A stretch of 64,000 bases of DNA from an uncultured Actinomycetota bacterium (GTDB lineage: Bacteria > Actinomycetota > UBA4738 > HRBIN12). Of this stretch, positions 57,936 to 64,000 are shown in pieces. The notes beneath the pieces were generated by a model. The model worked only from the letters and a program-made list of their open reading frames with translations, made no database searches and had not been told where the DNA came from. The first letter of the stretch is position 1; every line of letters begins with the position of its first letter. A program made the position numbers and the translations under genes. The stretch spans positions 192,725 to 256,724 of the forward strand of contig CAWJFY010000005.1 in assembly GCA_963842295.1 (NCBI GenBank), written 5' to 3'.

Positions 57936-60255
57936 GGGCGAGCTGACGAGCGGGTCCACGGCGCACGCTGCCGGGCTCGTGACGATGTTCAATCCCTCGC
58001 CGACGATGATGGCGTTCCGCCGGTATTCGGTGGAGCTGTACCGCGATCTCGGGGTGTTCGACCCGGTGGGAAGCCTTCGTATCGCCTCGAGCGCGGAGTC
58101 GTTCCAGGACCTGCAGCGGGGCGTGTCACGGGCCCGGGGGATCGGACTCGAGGTGGAGCTCCTCTCGGCCGACGAGACGCTGGAGCGGATGCCGGCGGCG
58201 AGCCGCGAGTCGCTGTTCGGCAGTGTCTGGCTCCCCGGTGACGGCTTCCTCGACCCGCACACGGCGACCTACGCCCTGGCGAACGCCGCCCAGGGCCTCG
58301 GTGTCCGGATCCGGACGGGGGAACGCGTGACGGGGATCGAGCTTTCCGACCGGCGCGAGATCACCGCCGTCCGGACACGGGCCGACCGGATCGAGTGCGA
58401 GGTGGTTGTGGACGCCGCCGGCATCTGGGCGCCTCGGGTCGCGGCGATGGCCGGAGTGCGGATCCCGTCGACGCCGGTCGATCACCAGCACATCGCCCTG
58501 AAGGCGGTGCCCGGCTGGGAGCTCGCGCGGGACATGCCGTGCTTCCGAGATCCCGACAACCTCGTCTACGGCAAATCCGAGTCCGGCGGCGTTGTCTTGG
58601 GCGGCTACGAACCCGACCCGGTCGCTCGGTGGGTCGACGGCGCGCCGTGGGAGCACGGGGCCCGGTCCGTCCCGCCCGACATGGATCGGTTCGAGCAGCT
58701 GCTCCGAGGGGCAGCTCGCCGGTTCCCCTTCGTCGCGGACGCGGAGATCGTGAAGCTCGTCTGCCACCCGGACGCGATGACGCCCGACGCGAACCCGTTC
58801 GTCGGCCCCGTCCCCGACGTGCGTGGCTTGTGGATGGCCGCCGGGCTCTCGCTGAACGGTTTCGGGGGCGCCGGCGGGCTCGGGAGATCGCTCGCCGAGT
58901 GGGTCACCGGAGGGGAGACCGAGCTCGACCTCACGGCGTACCGGCCGTGGCGATTCGGACGCGTCCACGAGGACGCCGGATGGGTCGCCGAGCTCGCCCG
59001 GGAGAGCTATCGCTACTACTACCTCCTACGGTATCCCTTCGATCACGACGAGCTGGGCCGGCCGAAGCGCCTGTCGCCGCTGCACGGACGGCTCCAAGAC
59101 GCCGGCGCCGTCTTCCAGGTGAAGCACGGTTGGGAGCGAGCGGAGCGATGTGAGCCGGGCGAGCCGTGGCGACGCGCCGGGCCCGACCAGCGTGCGTTCG
59201 GGTGGACACGGCCGCCATGGCTCGACCGGGTCGGCGAGGAGCACCGGGCGGTCCGCGGCAGCGCCGGCCTCTTCGACCTCAGCTCGTTCGGGAAGATCGA
59301 GGTGAGTGGTCCGGACGCGCTCCGGTTGCTCGAGCGGGCGGCGGCGAACGACATCGACGTGACGGCGGGCTCCGTCGTGTATTCGCAGCTCCTCGATAAC
59401 GGTGGGGGGATCGTCGGCGATGTGACGATCATCCGGCTCGGCGACGAGCGCTTCCGGATGATCACCGGCGCGGGCGCGATCGACGGCGATCTCGGATGGC
59501 TGCGCAGCATCGGGGTTCGGGAGGAGCTGCACGATGTGTCCCTGCGGGACACGAGCGAAGAGCTCGCCGTGATCGCGCTGTGGGGACCGGCGGCTCCCGA
59601 GATCCTCGGGGCCGTCACGAACTCGAGCCTCGAGCTCGCGGACTTCCCGCGGATGCACGGCCGGGACGTGCGGGTTGGCGCCGCGCCCGTGTCGGCGCAG
59701 CGTGTCAGCTTCGCAGGCGAGGCTGGATGGGAGCTGTTCGTGGAACCCTCCTGGGCCGTCGAGGTATGGGATCGACTGATCGCGGCGGGTGAGGAGCACG
59801 GCGTGCAGGTGTGCGGCTACCGATGCCTGGATGGGCTCCGGATCGAGAAGGGCTTCCGCTCTCTGGGCACGGACCTGACCGCGAACGACACGCCGCTGGA
59901 CGCCGGCCTCGAACGGTTCGTGGCGTTCGACCGCGAGGGGTTCCTCGGACGAGAGGCGCTCCTCGCCCAACGGGCTCGAGGCCCCGAGCGACGGCTCCGC
60001 ACGCTGCTGATCGGGGAGAGCGACCCGTACGTCCCCATCTACGGAGGCGAGGCGGTTCTCCGCGGGTCGGAGGTCGTCGGTCGGCTCCGGAGCTGCGCCT
60101 ACGGGTTCACGGTCGGGCGCAACGTGGGCGTCGCATCCCTGCCGCTCGAGCTCAGTCACGGCGAGGAGTTGCGGATCGACGTGTTCGGCGAGGCGGTCCC
60201 GGCCGAGGTCGCCCCCGATGTCCTGGTCGGAGCGGGCGGGAAGGTCGCCGCATGA
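57829..60255 (+). CDS. dimethylglycine/sarcosine oxidase-dehydrogenase-like protein (DAO FAD domain fused to a GcvT aminomethyltransferase-like domain)
   Basis: 808 aa. The N-terminal motif AVVVGGGVTGCSVALHL is followed by C-terminal GcvT-like folate-binding domains, as in Arthrobacter DMGO. Confidence 0.8.
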   Translation: MSDRARAVVVGGGVTGCSVALHLARAGWTDVLLLDKGELTSGSTAHAAGLVTMFNPSPTMMAFRRYSVELYRDLGVFDPVGSLRIASSAESFQDLQRGVSRARGIGLEVELLSADETLERMPAASRESLFGSVWLPGDGFLDPHTATYALANAAQGLGVRIRTGERVTGIELSDRREITAVRTRADRIECEVVVDAAGIWAPRVAAMAGVRIPSTPVDHQHIALKAVPGWELARDMPCFRDPDNLVYGKSESGGVVLGGYEPDPVARWVDGAPWEHGARSVPPDMDRFEQLLRGAARRFPFVADAEIVKLVCHPDAMTPDANPFVGPVPDVRGLWMAAGLSLNGFGGAGGLGRSLAEWVTGGETELDLTAYRPWRFGRVHEDAGWVAELARESYRYYYLLRYPFDHDELGRPKRLSPLHGRLQDAGAVFQVKHGWERAERCEPGEPWRRAGPDQRAFGWTRPPWLDRVGEEHRAVRGSAGLFDLSSFGKIEVSGPDALRLLERAAANDIDVTAGSVVYSQLLDNGGGIVGDVTIIRLGDERFRMITGAGAIDGDLGWLRSIGVREELHDVSLRDTSEELAVIALWGPAAPEILGAVTNSSLELADFPRMHGRDVRVGAAPVSAQRVSFAGEAGWELFVEPSWAVEVWDRLIAAGEEHGVQVCGYRCLDGLRIEKGFRSLGTDLTANDTPLDAGLERFVAFDREGFLGREALLAQRARGPERRLRTLLIGESDPYVPIYGGEAVLRGSEVVGRLRSCAYGFTVGRNVGVASLPLELSHGEELRIDVFGEAVPAEVAPDVLVGAGGKVAA

Positions 60256-61151
60256 CCACGATCGAGGAGGTGCTCGGGCGCGTCGCCGCGTGGCGCGGCC
60301 GCGAGCCGGTCGTCTCTGAGCTCTCCGGTGGACTGACGAACACGAACTACCTCGTGGACGTCGATGGGGACCGCTACGTCGTACGGATCCCCGGAGCCTC
60401 GACGGAACTCCTGGCCGTGGATCGGGAGAACGAGCGGCACAACGCGGCGGCCGCGTCGACGACGGGTGTCTCCCCTCGCATCGTCGAGGTGCTTGAGGAC
60501 CTCGATGTGATGGTGATCGAGTACATCGACGGGGTGACGATGTCGTCCCAGCGGCTCCGGGCGAAGGAGATGGCGCCGCGGATCGCGGCGTCGCTCCGCC
60601 GCCTGCACGCCGGACCGCGGTTCCGGCAGGACTTCGACATGTTCCGCCTCACCGAGTTCTACGTTCGCGTCTGCGCCGAGCGTGACGTCCGGATCCCGGA
60701 CGGCTTCGGGGAGCACCGCGACGACGTCGAGGCGATCGAGCTGGCGCTGGCCGCGAGGCCGCTGCCGACGCTGCCCTGCCACAACGACCTGCTCGCGGAG
60801 AACTACATCGACGACAGCGTGCAGCTGTGGATCGTCGACTTCGAGTACAGCGGGAACAACGACCCCGCGTTCGAGCTGGGCGACACCGCGCAGGAATGCG
60901 GTTTCGACGCCGATCTGCGCGCCGCCCTCTGCGAGGCGTACTTCGGGGAGGCGACGCCGGCCCTCCTCGCACGGATGGAGCTGCAGGCGGTGATGGCCGA
61001 CGTGGGGTGGACCCTGTGGGCCGCGATCCAGGCGACGATCTCATCGATCGACTTCGACTTCTGGGGTTGGTCGGAGGAACGCTGGGGGCGGGCCCGCGAC
61101 GTGTTCAGTGGCCCGGAGTTCGGTCGGCACCTCAGAGAGATCGCGCGTTGA
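60252..61151 (+). CDS. choline/ethanolamine-kinase or APH-like small-molecule kinase
   Basis: Brenner motif LCHNDLLAENYI and DFEYSGNNDP are present. The ATG overlaps the oxidase stop (ATGA). Confidence 0.7.
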   Translation: MTTIEEVLGRVAAWRGREPVVSELSGGLTNTNYLVDVDGDRYVVRIPGASTELLAVDRENERHNAAAASTTGVSPRIVEVLEDLDVMVIEYIDGVTMSSQRLRAKEMAPRIAASLRRLHAGPRFRQDFDMFRLTEFYVRVCAERDVRIPDGFGEHRDDVEAIELALAARPLPTLPCHNDLLAENYIDDSVQLWIVDFEYSGNNDPAFELGDTAQECGFDADLRAALCEAYFGEATPALLARMELQAVMADVGWTLWAAIQATISSIDFDFWGWSEERWGRARDVFSGPEFGRHLREIAR

Positions 61152-61182
61152 CGAACCCGCTGAGCCGCCGCACCCTGGGACC

Positions 61183-61476
61183 GTGAGGATCGAAGCCACG
61201 CCGGAGGCCGTCGAGCACGTCCGGTCGCGGGGCGGCGTGCTCTACGTGTGGACGGTGGCCATGGAGTACGGCTACCACCCCATCTTCGTCCTCGAGGCCT
61301 CCGTCGAACCGCCCGGGCCGGTGGGCGACTTCCAGCGCTTCGAGGGCGATGGGATCGCACTCCTGCTGGACTGCGGCGGTCGCAACCTCCCGGAGTCCGT
61401 GCATCTGGACCTTTCGGGCGTGGTGCGCAAGCGGCTTCGCGCGGCTTGGAACGGCAACTCGTTCACGCCGGCCTAG
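61183..61476 (+). CDS. small hypothetical protein (97 aa), HesB/IscA-like fold lacking the Cys triad
   Basis: This is the tail of ORF 61108..61476 from the GTG at 61183. The pattern IEATPEAVEHVRSRGG...FVLE...FEGDGIALLLDCGG is HesB-like but keeps only one Cys. Confidence 0.35.
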   Translation: MRIEATPEAVEHVRSRGGVLYVWTVAMEYGYHPIFVLEASVEPPGPVGDFQRFEGDGIALLLDCGGRNLPESVHLDLSGVVRKRLRAAWNGNSFTPA

Positions 61477-61488
61477 GTCCGGGAATCT

Positions 61489-62253
61489 TCAGCGAGCCGT
61501 CCAGCCGCCGTCGACGACGAGCACGGTCCCAGTCACGAGGCTCGCCGCGGGCGATGCGAGGTAGATCACCGCGCCGGCCACGTCGGTCGTGGTGCCGACG
61601 CGTCCGACGGGGAGCCGCTCCAGGACGTCGGCGAGGAACTCCGGCCGATCGAGGCGCTCGGCCGTCCCGGGCGTGCGGATGAAGGTCGGGCGCAACGCTG
61701 TTCACCGTCACTCCGAACGGGGCCCATTCGAGCGCGAGCACCTTCGTGAGCGCGATCACGGCTCCCTTGCTCGCGCTGTACGCGGCGTGCCTCGGGATCC
61801 CGACGAGGCCGGCCTGCGACGCAATGTTGACGATGCGTCCGTGGCGCTGCTCGACCATCCGGCGCCCCGCCGATTGGCACGCGAAGAACAGTCCCCGAAC
61901 GTTGACGGCGAACAGCTCGTCCCATTCCGCTTCGGTGGCGTCGAGGGCGTCGTGGTTCGTGCCGAGGCCCGCGTTGTTCACGAGGATGTCGAGGCGGCCG
62001 AACCGCTCGACCGCCTCCTGGAAGGCACGCTCGATCGAAGCCCGGTCGGTGACGTCGAGCGTGACCGCGGCGGCTTCGCCCCCGGCATCGCGAACCTCCT
62101 GACCACCGTCTCTGCGTCGCCGGGGGAGCGGACGGCGGCGGCGACCTTGGCGCCGGCCGAGGCGAGGGCCAGGACGAGGTCATGGCCGATGCCGCGGCTG
62201 GCGCCCGTCACGAGCGCCACCTGTCCGTCGAGGTCGAACCGTGGAGACTCCAT
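61489..62253 (-). pseudogene. SDR-family oxidoreductase with two compensating frameshifts (about 62100 and 61686)
   Basis: The N-terminus MESPRFDLDGQVALVTGASRGIGHD and the C-terminus FIRTPGTAERL...VLVVDGGWTA are in frame 0. The middle section GQEVRDAGGEAAAVTLDVTD...NNAGLG...YSASKGAV...VNSVAPD is in frame 1. Confidence 0.6.
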
Positions 62254-64000
62254 CACGCCCTGATCCTCTCGCCGGAAGGGTCCCAGAGCGTGTCCTCGAC
62301 GACCTCGGCGTCGACCCACTCTCCGAAGACCTCGATCGAGAGCTTCGTCCCCACGTCCGTGAGCGCGGTCGGGAGGTACGCGAACGCGATGCTCTTCTCC
62401 ACGGCGTAGCCGATCCCGCCGGAGGTGATCCTCGCGACGACGTCGTCTCCGGCTCGCACGGGCTCGTTCCCGAGGGTGGATGAGCGAGTGTCCGTGAGCG
62501 TCAGGCAACGGAGTCGTCTCGTCACGCCCTCGTCTCGGAGCCGCCGCACGGCGTCCCGGCCGATGAAGTCGGAACCCTTGTCGAACGCGACCGCGAAGCC
62601 GAGCCCCGCCTCGAGCGGAGAGTCGTCGGGCGTGATATCGGCCCCCCACGACCGGTAGCCCTTCTCCAGCCGGAGCGAGTCGATCGCGCGATAGCCGGCC
62701 GGCAGCAAGCCGTGGGGCTCACCGGCCTCGCGCAGCACGTCCCACAGCCGCGTCGCGAACTCGGTCGGCGGATAGAGCTCCCAGCCGAGCTCGCCGACGT
62801 AGGTGACCCGCGCCGCGAAGCACGGCACGTCCCCGACCTCGATGTCCTTCGCGGTCATGTACGGGAAGGCTTCGTTCGAAAGGTCGTCGTCGGTGACCGC
62901 CGTCAGGATCTCGCGTGCCGCCGGGCCCCAGATCCCCAAGCAGGCGAGGCTCGACGTGGCGTCCCGGACGACCGCGTCCGAGCCCTCCTGATGCTTCCGG
63001 ATCCACGCGAGGTCTCTGCTCCCGGAGCCCGTTCCCGTGACCAGCCGGAACAGGTCCGGAGCGAGACGTGTGACCGTGAGATCCGATTCGATCCCGCCTC
63101 GGCGGTTCAACATCTGCGTGTAGACGACGCGTCCGACGCGTACGTCGACGTCGTTCGCGCACAGGCGCTGCAGCAGGCCCAACGCCCCCGGACCCGAGAC
63201 CTCGAACTTCGCGAAGCTGGTCTCGTCGAACAGCGCGGCCCGTTCCCGGGTGGCGGCGTGTTCGGCGACGATCGCGGTGGACCACTGCTCGCCGGCCCAG
63301 CCTCGCGGGCGGCGTTCCTCGTGCGCAGGATCTTCGTTGGAACCGAACCAGTTGGCGCGCTCCCACCCGGCTTTCTCGCCGAACTCGGCGTTCAGTGCTT
63401 CGAGGCGGGAGTACGTCGGCGCCATCCGGAGCGGGCGCCCGGCGTCGTTCTCCTCGCCCGGGTACCGGACGTCGTAGTGCTTCGCGTAGATCTCGTACGC
63501 CTTCGCGAGCGCGTAGTCGCGGCTCCCGTACTGGCGGCCGAAGCGGCGGATGTCCATCTTCGACAGGTCCATCGAGGGCTCGCCGTCCACGATCCACTCC
63601 GCGGTCCAGCGGCCGATCCCGGCGGCGCCCGTCACGCCGTGCGCGCAGAACCCTGCCGCCACGAAGAACCCGGCGACCTCCGTCTCGCCCAGGATGAAGT
63701 CATCGTCGGGCGTGAAGGCCTCTGGGCCGTTGATGAACCGGTTGACCTCCGTCGTCTGCAACGGAGGGATCAGCCGGAACGCGCCGTCGGCGATCGACTC
63801 GAACCGCTCCCACTTCTCGGGCAGGAGCCGGTGGTTGAAGTCGCGCGGGATCGGATCGCTGACGTGCCACGGGTCGGGATTCCGCTCGTAGCCGCCCACG
63901 ACGAGCCCACCCACCTCCTCGCGGACGTAGACGAGGTTGTCGGGGTCGCGGAGCGTCGGGAAGTCGGCGCGCACGCCCTCGATCGGCCGCGTGATCAGGT
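62253..64000 (-). CDS. second dimethylglycine/sarcosine oxidase-like (DAO + GcvT) paralog, 3' portion only
   Basis: The ORF runs open to the window edge. FPTLRDPDNLVY aligns with residue about 240 of the first paralog, so about 240 codons lie outside the window. Confidence 0.8.
   Translation of the reverse strand, partial: LITRPIEGVRADFPTLRDPDNLVYVREEVGGLVVGGYERNPDPWHVSDPIPRDFNHRLLPEKWERFESIADGAFRLIPPLQTTEVNRFINGPEAFTPDDDFILGETEVAGFFVAAGFCAHGVTGAAGIGRWTAEWIVDGEPSMDLSKMDIRRFGRQYGSRDYALAKAYEIYAKHYDVRYPGEENDAGRPLRMAPTYSRLEALNAEFGEKAGWERANWFGSNEDPAHEERRPRGWAGEQWSTAIVAEHAATRERAALFDETSFAKFEVSGPGALGLLQRLCANDVDVRVGRVVYTQMLNRRGGIESDLTVTRLAPDLFRLVTGTGSGSRDLAWIRKHQEGSDAVVRDATSSLACLGIWGPAAREILTAVTDDDLSNEAFPYMTAKDIEVGDVPCFAARVTYVGELGWELYPPTEFATRLWDVLREAGEPHGLLPAGYRAIDSLRLEKGYRSWGADITPDDSPLEAGLGFAVAFDKGSDFIGRDAVRRLRDEGVTRRLRCLTLTDTRSSTLGNEPVRAGDDVVARITSGGIGYAVEKSIAFAYLPTALTDVGTKLSIEVFGEWVDAEVVEDTLWDPSGERIRA

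Noticed and set aside
61108-61182. Upstream ATG (MARSSV...) for the small ORF after the kinase
   Set aside because: It would overlap the kinase gene by 44 nt in another frame. A GTG at 61183 after the kinase stop gives a compact 97-aa protein.
1-64000. CRISPR arrays, rRNA/tRNA genes, transposases or integrases, prophage or defence-system signatures
   Set aside because: I looked for regular short direct repeats with spacers, conserved tRNA T-loop strings in the larger intergenic gaps, and transposase/integrase/DDE or tyrosine-recombinase motifs in the ORF translations. None were found. The Hanks kinase-lipoprotein pair and the NTase-like/metallophosphoesterase pair were considered as defence modules but lack the hallmark effector or sensor domains.

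Overview
High-GC (about 68-72%) window that looks like an Actinobacteria chromosome. It is densely coding on both strands, with many translationally coupled genes. I recognised no rRNA, tRNA, CRISPR array, transposase or integrase. All homology statements below come from reading motifs in the supplied six-frame translations, not from database searches. Coordinates for non-ATG starts may be off by a codon.

The main blocks are:
1. 0-4.9 kb: a coupled operon of ureohydrolase (3' end only), CE4 deacetylase, NCS1 permease, two SDRs and an NAD epimerase.
2. 4.9-6.5 kb: a Hanks Ser/Thr kinase coupled to a small lipoprotein whose KD-repeat tail is encoded by a (TCCTTG)4 microsatellite.
3. 6.6-19 kb: a myo-inositol catabolic locus. 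iolD-lacI runs divergent from iolG, iolE-like, an ABC sugar transporter, iolC, iolB and mmsA. The divergent region holds a TTGACA-18-TATGGT promoter and two identical palindromic operators.
4. 19-24 kb: a patch of about 60% GC (DUF4386, VOC, tautomerase, truncated haemoglobin), then GNAT and Rieske oxygenase plus VOC dioxygenase.
5. 24-31 kb: an ssu-like ABC transporter with yezD, then the cysPTWA sulfate transporter preceded by a Cys-codon-rich uORF and followed by a coupled glutaryl-CoA-DH-like ACAD.
6. 32-39 kb: tetR, nucleoside hydrolase, ribokinase, transglutaminase-like gene, etfB, etfA and an etfD-like gene on one strand.
7. 39-43 kb: tetR divergent from a CrtI-like oxidoreductase coupled to an NDP-forming acyl-CoA synthetase.
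8. 43-54 kb: phospholipase C, ACAD, amidase, a methyltransferase fusion plus FAD oxidase, and ilvD-thrC.
9. 54-64 kb: a tightly packed six-gene operon of unclear function (ANT(2'')-like NTase-like protein, metallophosphoesterase, APC permease, DMGO-like oxidase, ChoK/APH-like kinase, small HesB-like protein). It is convergent with a frameshifted SDR and a second DMGO-like paralog. This is the best candidate for an undescribed system.

At least six frame-disrupting indels hit four genes (VOC, Rieske, ABC ATPase, SDR), while more than 50 other genes are intact.
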